A program made the translations under genes and the position numbers. This document shows positions 1 through 12,394 of a stretch of 64,000 nucleotides of DNA, piece after piece. The notes below the pieces were generated by a model. The model did no database searches, had not been told where the DNA came from, and worked only from the letters and a program-made list of their open reading frames with translations. Each line of letters begins with the position of its first letter. Position 1 is the first letter of the stretch. The DNA is from Octopus vulgaris (lineage: Eukaryota): positions 57,846,001 through 57,910,000 of the forward strand of contig OX597819.1 of the NCBI GenBank assembly GCA_951406725.2. The letters are read 5' to 3'.

Positions 1-1228
1 TTGAAGGAAGGAGGCGTGACAATATTGACGATAGACTCAGCTGATAAACCGACTCGTCCCACACGTGACAGCAGTTGTTCGACATAAGCCCACAGGTCGG
101 AAATTGTTGGACACTGAACGAGTGCGTGCAGAACGGTTTCGTCGCTCTGACCGCATCTCGGGCAGGTCGGCCCCGTGTTTCTCGAGCCGTGTCTGTAGAG
201 CTTATCCCGAACGGGTAGCGCTTCTCGGTAGCACTGCCAGGCCAGGGATCTCTGGAAGTTGTCCATGGGCCCTGGCCCGAAAGTCGTCCTGAACAGGCGG
301 GTCAGGTACTCCTCGTCGACGTCCAGGTTCGCCCCGAGCTCGTCGTCGTACCTCCCCTCCACTAAACCCCTATAGAATGCTTTGGTTGTGTTGAAGTCAC
401 TTAAGGTCGACCCAGGACGGCAGAGTTGCTTGAGAGCAACGCGACACTCGCGGTGCCATTCGCCCTTCCTCGGCCTCTTTTTGATCCACGACTGCAGTTC
501 GGTCATGGAGACGAGCTGCGGGAAAGCGTGCCTCACAAACGGCGACCACACCTGTTCACCGTCGTCTACATAGAGCCAGAGATGCCGCAGTCTCAGCGCG
601 TGTCTGCGCATCATCAACCACGGCATGCCCAGCCCTCCTTTTAACGGGTGTTGACAGCAAATGGATCGCCTGACCATCGGGACGCATCCTTTCCACAAGA
701 AGCGAAAGAGGATGCGTTGTAGTTTGGTGATGGTAGGGTCGGGACAAGGTACGACGGTCAGGCGGTAGTAGATGACGGACGCGATGTACGTGTTCGCCAC
801 CTCCGCTCGACCTTTTAGGGACAGTTTCCTCTCGGCCCATTGCCGGGCGAGAGTGACCACCCTACTCGTTATCTCGTTCCAGTTCTTCTCCACTTGGAGG
901 TCCGGACCAAACCAGACCCCGAGCAACTCAACCGGGCCGTCGGTCCAGCGTCCCACGACGGAGGCGCTGGTGGACGGCATGGGCTTGCTTCTCCAGGTGC
1001 CTAGTCGCAAGCCCACTGACTTTTCCCGGTTGATTTTCGCTCCTGTCACCGCTTCGTAGTTTTTCAGTGTCTCGCCGACCAGCTCGATGTGCTCGTGGCT
1101 AGACACTATGACGGTGACGTCGTCCGCGTATGCAGACACGCTCGTCCCGTATCCCAATTCTCGCGGGATGCCCCTTAGAGTCGCCAGCTTCCGCAGTAGT
1201 GGCTCAAGAGTCAATACGTATAGAAGCG

Positions 1229-1229
<1 letters not shown>
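1..1229 (-). mobile_element. Tx1/L1-clade non-LTR retrotransposon, 5'-truncated ORF2 (RT C-half plus CCHC zinc finger), open frame running off the window start
   Basis: Manual translation has no stop over ~409 codons: SLLYVLTLEPLLRKL...VSAYADDVTV (YADD at 1119-1130)...GAKINREKS...LLGVWFG...KLSLKGRAEV...RFLWKG...HPLKGGLGMP...CPRCGQSDETVLHALVQCP. GC-rich relative to the window. Confidence 0.93.
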
Positions 1230-1420
<191 letters not shown>

Positions 1421-1539
1421 ATACAATGGAAAGAGGAACATGTATCCGTTTAGGAATGTAGTTTGAAAACGCGGCCATGTTCTATACCATTTCAATTTTT
1501 CAGTTAATTGCATAGATTTAAGAATGTTAAAGTCTCCCA

Positions 1540-2270
1540 ATTAGGAATGAATGTTTCTAGGCAGTCGTGTCGTCACCTTCTTGATGAAGTGATGTCGCCG
1601 ACTATTGCTGTTTGTCATTATGTAGGTAGGAGGTCCGATGCGACCGGTGTAGATATTACTGCTATAAGTTGAATAATGTACCTTGAGTTTTATTAAATAG
1701 ACTATTATTTAGGTCTTTGATTTGTTTGCCACAAGCTTATGTCATATAGTTGTTTATACAAGCATTAAGAGTACTACTTGAATTACTAATAATCTCTTTA
1801 CGGCTAGCAAGCTAATAGAATCTTTAGTTTCACAGATAATGCATAGCAAAACCTTCACTATACCATTGTCCTTTAATTATATCATCACTACATGTTGTCC
1901 ACTCAATAGTAAGTACTTTTAATTGCACAAAGATGGCCATTTAATAAACCATTCTAGAAACCGGACGGATCCAGCAGGTGTCAACACATTCTAGAAGAGA
2001 AATTTAATATCCTGTTAGATGATGATATAGTATTGTTTATAAATTCTGATTTGTATCAGAGTTTATACACGGGAATGGTGACACTCCTTGAAAGAATTCT
2101 AACTACAAACAGGCTTGATGAATTCTCTATCAGTATCGAAATCTCCACAAATTTTCTTCGCTATCTCTCTCCTCTAAAGGATATAGAATATGCTTTCATT
2201 AAGTTATGATACCCGTGAAAACATTTCTTCAAATCCACTATGTAATTGTAATATCGTTATCCATATGTAA
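1540..2270 (+). mobile_element. Heavily degraded Penelope-like GIY-YIG/3' fragment
   Basis: Broken peptides DYYLGL and GSSRCQHILEEKFNIL resemble PLE endonuclease motifs; many stops. Confidence 0.35.
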
Positions 2271-2297
2271 GTAAGCATTTATGCATATCTTTCTATA

Positions 2298-2381
<84 letters not shown>

Positions 2382-2552
2382 TGGCGTGCGGTGACTTTCG
2401 GGGTTAGGCATGCAATGAATTTCATTGCCCCCACCCCACCCGGTAATTTTTCAGAAAAAAAACTTTTCGACTTCCTACGATTTACATATGGGAGATTCTG
2501 AATATGCAATCAACCCCGTATGACCTAGAATAAAAAACAAAAACGTCGCCCT

Positions 2553-2804
2553 GGTACTATTTAAGAAGAGTGGTCCCGTTGCGCGCGCTCGCGCATCCGC
2601 GCTGGCTAGTCGTGACTAGTCGATCCTACGACTATCTAGCAAAGTAAATAAATTTTTTAAACAAAATATATAAAACACAAAAACACAAAGTAAATAATGT
2701 TTTAACCAAAGTAAATAAAACACAAAGTAAGGATCGACTAGTCACGACTAGCTGGCGTGGATGCTCGGGTGCGCGCACCGGGACCACTCTTCTTAAATAG
2801 TACC
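2553..2804. mobile_element. MITE-like foldback with ~77-bp imperfect inverted arms nested in the hAT
   Basis: GGTACTATTTAAGAAGAGTGGTCCC...GACTAGTCGATCCT versus AGGATCGACTAGTC...GGGACCACTCTTCTTAAATAGTACC around an A-rich spacer. Confidence 0.8.
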
Positions 2805-3020
2805 CATGATTTTTAATTTGTTTGCAATACTCATCAAATTTGTTGAAATTCGAAAGTTCCATGAATTTAAACTCTTCTAAGGATGAATATCGTGCTTTTA
2901 TTTGGTCAACTATTGTACTGATAATTTTGTTATAAAGCATTTTATAATGTCGTTGGGGCTCAATAGATATATTCTTGAATCTCTGAATTCCGATTCCTGC
3001 ATCGACTCCATATTTTTCTC

Positions 3021-3319
3021 CCCGGGTTCAGTTCCACTGCGTGGCACCTTGGGCAAGGGTCTTCTACTATAGTCTCGGGCCGACCAAAGCCTTGTGAGTA
3101 GACGGAAACTGAAAGAAGCCCGTGGTATATATGTATATATATGCGTGTGTGTGTTTGTCCCCCTAGCATTGCTTGGCAACCGATGCTGGTGTGTTTATGT
3201 CCCCGTTACTTAGCGGTTCGGCAAAATAGACCGATAGAATAAGTCCCGGGGTCGAGTTGCTCGATTAAAGGCGGTGCTCGAGCATGGCCGCAGTCAAATG
3301 ACTGAAACAAGTAAAAGAG
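3021..3319 (+). mobile_element. SINE family A, 5'-truncated, interrupting the hAT transposase
   Basis: B-box-like GGTTCAGTTCC, body GCACCTTGGGCAAG...GAAAGAAGCCCG, tail GCAGTCAAATGACTGAAACAAGTAAAAGAG. Confidence 0.9.
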
Positions 3320-3884
3320 ATTGAAAAATTATCAAGTTTGTTTTCGAGTACAGTTCTAGTTTTATCTATTTGATCTTTACAATACACTTTGTCATGACTT
3401 TTACTCTGGAGGATGTTAAATATGAAAAAAGAAAAAATCTCACTGAATACTTCTAACAAAAATAAGAAATCAGGAGTTTTTAAAGTTTGTAAGAATCCAA
3501 TTGCTGAATTTATGGTGGTATCATCCCATGCTTCAGGATTTTCAATGATGTGCTCAAAAAGGCTGATTATGAAATGATAATTTTCCTCTGTGGTAATAAT
3601 AAGCCGTGAGGCTGTTGCCTTCGGAAATCTTTTTTTTAACAATGTTATCTAATGCATTAGCCCTTTTCGGTGTTGGTCTCCCACGGATATAATTAATTAT
3701 TTTCCATCGAATTCTCCTTTCGAAAAACTATTTCTCAAAATATCGTTTATAACAGACATTTCACTCATTTCGTAAAAGGCTGTTCTTATATACGAACACA
3801 CGTGGAAGCGCCGGCGTAAATTGTAAGTCAATTTCAACAAAACAGAAAGATACAGAAAGTGGTTATCATGCGGTCAGCTCATAG

Positions 3885-4240
3885 CATGACATGCCACTGA
3901 GAGAAAGAGGAAGGGGGTACAAAATATTATGAACGACCTTTCCTCCTAGCATCTGTTTTATCAATTCACTAAGAGAGAGAGAGGAAGGAGGGACAAACTA
4001 AGAGACTGAGAGGGAGGTCATGCGGGTCGTCCCACAGCATAGCCACTAAGAGAAAGAGGAAAGGGGTAAAAATATTTCAAATGCCCTATCCCCTTAGCAT
4101 GTCTTTTAAACAAGTCGCTAAGAGTGAGAGAGAGAGGAAGGAAGGACAAACTGAGACAGAGAGGGAGTGTCTGACATGCTGGTCTTATCAATGCATGACT
4201 TCTAAAAGCAGAAGTAGAGTCACTGAGAGAGAAGGGGAGA
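3885..4240. repeat. hAT subterminal ~150-bp tandem duplication
   Basis: GCCACT(G/A)AGAGAAAGAGGAA...GAGGAAGGA(G/A)GGACAAACT occurs twice, plus a partial third unit. Confidence 0.8.
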
Positions 4241-4382
4241 AAAATACAACTGGACGGATTTTCTTTGAAACAAAGTAACTATTTTATCTAATTTTCCGAT
4301 CATATGGATAAAAAAATCACAGGGCATGCAACGCATACCTTGCATACCTGAGAGTGCACGCCCCTGATATATATATATATAT

Positions 4383-4667
4383 CAGCGACAGTGGACGCTG
4401 GAAAAAGTATATGTATTTGTGAAGGAAATCTAATTCTCGCCGACAACTGTGATTGTCACACGCTGACGAGAGGTCAATACCTCGAAACTCGAGTCCGTGT
4501 GTATCATAAGTTGAAGACGGGAAGGATGACTTCCCTTTGCAAATACTGACAGGACACAGAAAGTGTGTCTATGGCCAGCTGGAGGAGTGTGTCCTCCTGG
4601 GGCTAAAAACTACAGTAGCATCCACCCTTAGGGGTTAGCCATATTGAAATGGCAAATATACGTCACG

Positions 4668-4668
<1 letters not shown>
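4383..4668 (+). mobile_element. Small HHR-bearing element (PLE pseudo-LTR or retrozyme-like) between (TA)n tracts
   Basis: Bounded by TA repeats; contains an HHR; its 3' part recurs inverted at ~24893-24958. Confidence 0.65.
4457..4501 (+). ncRNA. Minimal type I hammerhead ribozyme, canonical core
   Basis: CACACG CTGACGA GAGG-TCAATA-CCTC GAAA C-TCGA-G TC CGTGTG; 6-bp stem I, palindromic loop III, predicted cleavage after C4495. Confidence 0.9.
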
Positions 4669-4700
<32 letters not shown>

Positions 4701-4871
4701 TGTACTTATGGATAAATTTAAGACTTTAGCTCTTATTCCTAGCAGGTGGATGCTTGTTGAGCATCCTTACGCTTCGTGTAAATTTATAATTCATAGCTAT
4801 CTAATGCTATTGCGCCTGCGATCCACCTATGTCACTGCTGGTGATATCAAATTTAAAATTTATCCACAGAT

Positions 4872-5323
4872 GGCGCAGGAGTGGCTGTGTGGTAAGTAGC
4901 TTGTTTACCAACCACATGGTTCCGCGTTCAGTCCCACTGCGTGGCACCTTGGGCAAGTGTCTTCTACTATAGCCTTGGGCCGACCAAAGCCTTGTGAGTG
5001 GATTTGGTAGACGGAAACTGAAAGAAGCCCGTCGTATATATGTATATATATATATATATATGCGTGTGTGTGTGTTTGTGTGTCTGTGTTTGTCCCCCTA
5101 GCATTGCTTGACAACCGATGCTGGTGTGTTTATGTCCCCGTTACTTAGCGGTTCGGCAAAAGAGTCCGATAGAATAAGTACTGGGCTTACAAAAAGAATA
5201 AGTCCCGGGGTCGAGTTGCTCGATTAAAGAGTAAAGTACTCTTTTACTTGTTTCAGTCATTTGACTGCGGCCATGCTGGAGCACCGCCTTTAATTGAGCA
5301 ACTCGACCCGGGACTTATTCTTT
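4872..5323 (+). mobile_element. SINE family A with full tRNA-like head and an inverted 3' tail segment (~5238-5323)
   Basis: GGCGCAGGAGTGGCTGTGTGGTAAG (A box) and GTTCAGTCCC (B box); internal (TA)/(TG) tract. Confidence 0.9.
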
Positions 5324-5337
5324 TATATATATATAAG

Positions 5338-5785
5338 AGTGGCTTGTTAGCAATTTTTCAACCGAAAGGCATAAGTATATACGTCATTAAACCGACTAAA
5401 GGCGCTAGTCAGCACTAGTATTGCTAGAAATGAGAGCCAAAACAACGCATAGTCACAATAGGTACTATCTTAATGACTGGCAAGGGAGGCAAACTCCCTC
5501 AGTACCGGAGATAGCCAGATCACCACTGAATTAACATTTACATTAATGCTCTTCAGTTGCTCTTACCGGCGCCTAGGGTTAAATTCAACTCGCCTTATCA
5601 GCCTAAAAGATGACCGTAGAAATCATACGCTGATTTCATATATTGTAAAAGTGAAAATTATAAATGATAAGGGTGGCTTCCTAGCAATATTTCAGCCGAA
5701 ACGCAAATATATATATATATATATAGGTCTCTAAAGCGACAAAGGGTGTTACTGAGCACCAATATTGCTAGAAATGAGAGTCATG
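5338..5785. repeat. ~333-bp-period direct repeat (about 1.3 units)
   Basis: GTGGCTT...TAGCAAT...CCGAAA...TATTGCTAGAAATGAGAG at ~5338 and ~5671. Confidence 0.75.
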
Positions 5786-5843
5786 TTTCTAGAAAGAGAG
5801 AGAAATAGATAAATGGATAGGCAGAAAGAGAGAGGGAGAGAGA

Positions 5844-5887
<44 letters not shown>

Positions 5888-6122
5888 GAAAGTGTCAAAT
5901 AAACATGTAAATTTTAATCGTTCTCAAATAAAGAAAATCTCAAGTTTTATGTAACGAAATCTGCACTAGTGATAATTGTGCAAACAGTATTTCAACTGCA
6001 ATTATCCGATGTAAGAGATATGTGTATATATATATATATATATTGCTTATACTTTGTCACACTATCTCTCCATACATATATATATGCATACACACACACA
6101 CATGTGTGTGTGTGTATACACA

Positions 6123-6196
<74 letters not shown>

Positions 6197-6302
6197 AAAA
6201 CATATATGCATACATATATATATATACATATAAGTATATGTGTGTGTTGTGTATATATATAAATATACACACACAGACACACAACATACATATAATATAT
6301 CA

Positions 6303-6345
<43 letters not shown>

Positions 6346-6862
6346 ATATGTATGTAAATTAAATATATTACATTTATGATATATGTGTGTGGTGTGAGTG
6401 AGTGTGTATGTGTATGTAGATATATATATATAAATAGAGAGAGAGAGAGAGAGAGAAATAATTAGATAAATTGATAGATAGCTAGACAGATAGAAAGTTG
6501 TTTTTAAATATAATTGGGCTAGTCATAAGAATAAATGAGATAGGAAAAGAAGTCTCCATTAGTGATATCTCCATTAGTGATAACAATGAAAATAGTATTT
6601 AAAATACAATTACCTAATTTCAAAAATATATAACTGCTATATACATAATCTTTATTTATTTCTCTCAGTCTATCTCTCCCCCCCCTCTCTCTCTCTCTGC
6701 CCATATATGTAAATGTATATGATGTTTGTACGTAGGTATTTGTCCGTGATTGCGTGTGTCTTCTTTGATAATTATAGTTTGCTTATAATATAAAGATATA
6801 CATACACTTACTCACACGCTCACATGCTCAAACACGCACACTCACACATATGTGTCTGTGTG

Positions 6863-7143
6863 TGTGTGGCTTAGTGGTTAGGGCACTCGGCTCACGATCG
6901 TTAGGTCCTGAGTTCGATTCCTAGCGATGCGTTGTCTTTATTTCACGTTGCTCCAGTCCACTCATCTGGCAATCATGAGTAGTACCTTGTCACACTCTGC
7001 GTCACGCTGAATATCCCTGAGAACTGCATTAAGGGTACACGTGTCTGTGGAGTGCTCAACCACTTGCACGTTAATTTCACGAGCACGCTGATCCGTTGAT
7101 TGAATCAGCTGGGACCCTCGTCGTCATAACCAACGAAGTGCTC
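6863..7143 (+). mobile_element. tRNA-derived SINE family C
   Basis: TGGCTTAGTGGTTAGG (A box), GAGTTCGATTCC (B box), central TTGCTCCAGTCCACTCA. Confidence 0.8.
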
Positions 7144-7332
7144 CTATATATATCAAAGTTAGAAATTTGGCATTCAACAGAAAATAAAGTAAATCTGGAA
7201 TGCAGAATAGTTATGAAAACAGCTTAGAAGATTTGGCAAATACCCTTAGAAAGACAGGACAAACGTAGCCTGCAAGACGCTACCGATAATCGAAACCTTT
7301 ACTTCTCAATTTGCAGCTGAGGGTTCTGTACC

Positions 7333-7552
7333 TATTTCTTTACTACCCACAAGGGGCTAAACACAGAGAGGACAAACAAGGACAGACAAACGGATTAAGT
7401 CGATTATATCGACCCCACTGCGTAACTGGTACGTAATTTTTCGACCCCGAAAGGATGAAAGGTAAAGTCGACCTCGGCGGAATTTGAACTCAGAACGTAG
7501 CGGCAGACGAAATACCGCTAAGCATTTCGCCCGGCGTGCTAACGTTTCTGCC
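7333..7552 (-). mobile_element. SINE family B with 13-bp target-site duplication
   Basis: AGGGTTCTGTACC at 7320-7332 and 7553-7565; body GAGTTCAAATTCCGCCGAGGTCGACTTTACCTTTCATCCTTTCGGGGTCGA on the minus strand. Confidence 0.9.
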
Positions 7553-7582
7553 AGGGTTCTGTACCATTAAGACGTACACTTC

Positions 7583-7898
7583 GGCAAGTGTCTTCTACTA
7601 TAGCCTAGGACAGACCAAAGCCTTGTGAGTGGATTTAGTAAACTGAAGCTAAACGAAGCCTGTCGTATAAATAGGTGTGTGTGTGTGTGTTTCTTTGTGT
7701 CTATGATTGCTCCCCCACCATTGCTTGATAATCAGTGCTGGTGCGTTTACGTTCACCTAAGCTAGCTGTTCGGCAAAAAGTGCCATACAATAAGTACCAG
7801 ACTTTCAAATATAAATACAAGTGTCGATACATTCGACTAATAATTCTTGAACGGAGAACTCCAGCTTGGTCGCAGTCTAATGCCTGAAACAAATAAAA
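7583..7898 (+). mobile_element. SINE family A, diverged partial copy
   Basis: GGCAAGTGTCTTCTACTATAGCC...GCAGTCTAATGCCTGAAACAAATAAAAG. Confidence 0.85.
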
Positions 7899-8025
7899 GC
7901 TAAAATATAATGATACATAGTGAGAATTCACAAAAAGAAACAAAAGACGAAGACAGGTGGTGTAGACACCAAACAGATGTATTAGTTTAACGCTCGGGAA
8001 GTGAAAATGTCTTTAACGACTAGAG

Positions 8026-8067
<42 letters not shown>

Positions 8068-8074
<7 letters not shown>

Positions 8075-8471
8075 GATTATCTAAAAGATACAACCATGCT
8101 AGAGATAGCAGTCAAAACTTGACTCTTAAACCACATCAAGTAGTCATACAGCACCAGAAAAGACAATGAGTCAAATAAACTAGCAAAAAATTATTGGATA
8201 ATCCCAGATCTAGATTACTGGCTTTGCATAACAATATATTCTGCCTCTTCAGTGGCATATACGCAGAAAGTGTATGTCTTCTAAATGTTTTACGTTCTTG
8301 TCCCAGTTTGTATTTTTCTACATATAATATATATAGCGACGCCCGTACCCTTTTTGGCCTTGTATGTAAGTACATATTTCTTTAAATTTGGTACGACGCT
8401 ATAACACTGTCTCTCTCTCTCCCCCCCTCTCCTACATTTCTCTGCCTTTCACACTTTGCACTCCACTTTGA

Positions 8472-8511
<40 letters not shown>

Positions 8512-9201
8512 CCTCCTTTTCTCTTTTCTTGCCTCTGATTCTTTGGTCTCCTCTTCCACCACTATCTCACATTTTTCTGTCTTTCTCACTTTGCACCTCA
8601 CTGATTCTGTCGCCAAGCCAATCCTTGGCACGCTCTCTTTCTTCTCTCCTCTTTAATTCTTTCTTTCTCTCTCTTCTCCCCCCTTTGGTGCCTTTGTCCC
8701 TCTTTTTTTCGCTCTCTCTCTTTGATTCCTTTGCCCCCTTTTTTCTCTCTCTTCTCCTCTCAAGTGACCGCCAGTCAACCAGCCTTTCGGCTTCTGACCA
8801 CCGCCACGACAACATCGTTTTCTTCGTCTGCGACTACAGGCATTTTTTTCCAAATACGCCAGCTAAGCTTCGTTGAACTGTCTAAAGTCGTAAGACACCC
8901 GCTGTTTTTGTCCTGTTATTACTATTATTGTTTTTTGTATTTATATTCGTGTGGCATCGTCCGTTTTTCTGTCCTTGTTTCGTATACATTCGATCCTTTT
9001 TCCAAGAAATCTAATGCTCGTAGCTTAGTTTTTCCTTGGGGCTGGCCGGATCGGAGCGATCTCAAGATTAATCAGCCGAAATTGCGAGGATGATCCGGTT
9101 CTTAACTGAAGATTGAAGGCTTCGAATGTCCCGTCCGTGTTTTTTGTATCGTCTTCTAAATGTTTTACGTTCATGTCGCAGTTTGTATTTTTCTACATAT
9201 A

Positions 9202-9263
<62 letters not shown>

Positions 9264-9322
9264 CATATAATATATATATATATATATATTACATACATAT
9301 AATATATATATATATTATATAC

Positions 9323-9365
<43 letters not shown>

Positions 9366-9585
9366 GTAGTAGTTTTACTTTATCTTATATTAAACTTTTT
9401 AATTCTTTTTGATAGTTATATATATTAAAAAAATTATTTAAATTTAAATATAAATTATTAATTTTAAATTTAAATATTTTATATTTTATATATTTTGTAT
9501 ATTATATTAATTATTTTTATTTTTATGTTTTGGTTTATGTTTTTCAATGTTTGATTTGCCTAATAATGGTTTTATCTCTAATTTA

Positions 9586-9628
<43 letters not shown>

Positions 9629-9845
9629 TGTACTTTCTGTGTATACCCCGCTGAAGAGGCGGACTATATTGTTATGCAATGCCAGAAATCTAGATCTGGT
9701 ATTATCTAATAATCTTTTGCCAGTTTATTTGTCTGTTTGTCTTTTCTCCTGGTGCTGTATGAATACTTGATGTGCTTTTAGAGTCAGGTTTTGACCACTA
9801 TCTCTAGCATGGTGGAATCTTTTAGATACCCTTAATTATAATTTT
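8068..9845. mobile_element. Composite of PLE-like terminal repeats: inverted pair 8068-8273 / 9624-9840 around a segment with ~50-bp direct ends
   Basis: The two ~210-bp segments are diverged reverse complements, each with an HHR-like motif; GTCTTCTAAATGTTTTACGTTC...TTTTTCTACATATAAT at ~8276 and ~9151. Confidence 0.6.
9643..9702 (+). ncRNA. Variant hammerhead-like motif (second copy on minus strand at 8201-8255)
   Basis: CCG CTGAAGA GGC-(20 nt)-GCC A GAAA T-CTAG-A TC TGG; short stem I and an extra A before GAAA. Confidence 0.55.
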
Positions 9846-9915
9846 AATAATAATTATTACCTATAAGATTTTTATTCCCAAGCTGGCCGTTTGATATGAT
9901 CGGTATTTTAAATAA

Positions 9916-9959
<44 letters not shown>

Positions 9960-9970
<11 letters not shown>

Positions 9971-10368
9971 AAACGCTGAAGTTGTCTTTGTGTGTGTGGT
10001 AGGTTTTGTAGCCTTCAACTAACACTATCTCCTCCGAGACACTACGGTGCAAGTTGACCAAAATTGAAAGTATGATAGAAGAAGGCTTGGTCTTCATTCC
10101 GTAGAAGAAAAAGTTCAAATCGGACCATGTTAAGACCAAAAATTATCTACCTCAAAAAGGTGCTTTTTTTCTATAGAAATACTTATTTTTCGGTGTATTT
10201 CAACCAGAAAAATGTTCACTTAAAGAGAATAACAAGCTACATAATGCAAAGTTTTTAGTTTTCTATAAAGATTGAAACTATGTCACAACCTTGTTAATGC
10301 GACATCAAAGTCTGCCATTTTAAGCGCAACTAAAATACAAACCCGAGCAACGCCGGGCAATACTGCTA

Positions 10369-10369
<1 letters not shown>
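9960..10369 (+). mobile_element. Non-autonomous Helitron
   Basis: 3' hairpin CCCGAGCAACGCCGGG (10342-10357) followed by CTAG|T; 5' end blurred in (TA)n. Confidence 0.75.
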
Positions 10370-10437
<68 letters not shown>

Positions 10438-10440
<3 letters not shown>

Positions 10441-10690
10441 GCAGGAGAGGGTGTGTAGTAAATAGCTAACTTACGAACAACAGGGTTCCGGGTTCAGTCC
10501 CACTGCGTGGCAACTTAGGCGAGTGTCTTCTACTATAGCCTTGGGCCTACCGAAGCCTTGTGAATGGATTTGGTTGCAGGAAACTGAAAGAAGCCCATCG
10601 TATACATGTGTGTGTGTGCGTGTGCGCGTGCGTGTGTGCATGTTTGTGTGTGTCTGTGTTTGTCCGCCCACCATCGTTTGCCAAGTGATG
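10438..10690 (+). mobile_element. SINE family A, 5' two-thirds
   Basis: GACGCAGGAG...GGTTCCGGGTTCAGTCCCACTGCGTGGCA. Confidence 0.85.
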
Positions 10691-10751
10691 GTGGAAGCAC
10701 AAACACAGACACAAATAACAATGACAGACACATATACACATACACACATAC

Positions 10752-10811
<60 letters not shown>

Positions 10812-10840
10812 TAGTAAATAAACAATATTAGTATATATAT

Positions 10841-10911
<71 letters not shown>

Positions 10912-11040
10912 CGACATAAGCTTCTTTCAGTTTCCCTCTACCAAATCCTCTCACAAGGCTTCGGTCGCCCTGAGGCTATAGTAAAAGACATTTGCCCAAG
11001 GTGCTACGTAGTAAGACTGAATGCAGAATCATGAGATTGG
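10912..11040 (-). mobile_element. SINE family A fragment
   Basis: GCTTCTTTCAGTTTCC...CACAAGGCTTCGGTC...TTGCCCAAGGTGC. Confidence 0.8.
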
Positions 11041-11941
11041 TTAGTTTTTACTGTATTTTCTTTATGTTTTTTTAATTTTTTTATTTTGTGTTATAATTTC
11101 TCCTTCCCATAATAGACATAACGATAAACTCTCAACTTCAGTTTATTTTATATCAGTTATTTCAACCTCGAGTATATGACATTTCAATTATTAATCATTA
11201 TTACACCGTTATACGTTTTAGAAATCATTAGATATTTCTATAGAGATGCTAGATGTGACAACAGGAAGAACTTTAACAGTTTCATTTGAATGTTCTGTGG
11301 TAAATAACTTAATGGAAAACTAGAAAAACACTACTGGTTCTTTTCAATATTTTACTTTGATTTTTGTCTTCCATCCTTATTGTTACATTTATAAGAAATC
11401 TTTATTGTGGTTGAAAGAAATCAATACGTTTGTAATTGTTGTTGTTGTTGTAGTTGTTGTGTTCACAATTCAAGATTCATATTTGTTATTCCCGCTTTTT
11501 CCCAATTTACTGTCTGACAACATCTTCATACAAAATAATATTTTGTCTCAATTAAAAAGAAATAGAAAGATATAGATATATTTTACTGAATATATTTATC
11601 ATTCCTTCTCTTTATATATGTATAATTGTCTGTGTCTCTCCTACTTTGTCTTTACCTTTCTCTATCTCAGTATCACTCTCTCTCTTTCTCTTTATCTAAC
11701 TCCATATGTATATATATATATATCCACAGATAAACACATACATGCACGCACACAAACACATACACACACACACACACACTCACACATTTATACTATCAAT
11801 TAAAAAACAGATTGATTTTATGTCACAATCTATTTATTTTCCTCTCACATTGTATATCGGTCTGTACCCCCTTTCACTTCTCGTATATAGATACACAGAC
11901 ACATACACGCACAAATGTATATGTACATAAACATATATTTG

Positions 11942-11981
<40 letters not shown>

Positions 11982-12123
11982 TAGATAGATATATATATGT
12001 GTGTGTGTGTATATATATAGATATAGATACAGATATATATATATATATACATATACATACTATATATATATATATATATATACTTACATATATGTGTATA
12101 TATGTATGTATGTATGTATATAC

Positions 12124-12173
<50 letters not shown>

Positions 12174-12277
12174 ATTAATATGTCAATGGGTTTTGTAATC
12201 AATATAAGCGATATAGAATTAAATAGTCATATATCATATAGCAGTGTATTTATCTTTATCATTTCGTTGTGTATGCG

Positions 12278-12331
<54 letters not shown>

Positions 12332-12394
12332 CATACATATATCTATATATATAAATATATATACACGCATACATATACACACATTAGCTCCTAC

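Larger units (their letters stand above)
2379..4366 (-). mobile_element. Internally deleted hAT DNA transposon (ZMYM1-like transposase remnant) inserted in (TA)n
   Basis: TIRs CAGTGGCGTGC (2379) and GCACGCCCCTG (ends 4366); ATATATAT on both sides fits an 8-bp TSD. Minus-strand peptides KRFPKAT...FLFLLEVFSEIF..NILQSKSHD..YC and IVDQIKARYSSLEEFKF. Confidence 0.85.

Noticed and set aside
65-1059. Listed short ORFs in the first kilobase
   Set aside because: Antisense or off-frame shadows of the Tx1 ORF2.
6863-6925. Possible tRNA gene
   Set aside because: A and B boxes are present but run into a SINE body with no full cloverleaf; the same applies to 4872 and 16372.
9100-9135. CTGAAGA...CGAA hammerhead candidate
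   Set aside because: No GAAA in register and no stem I.
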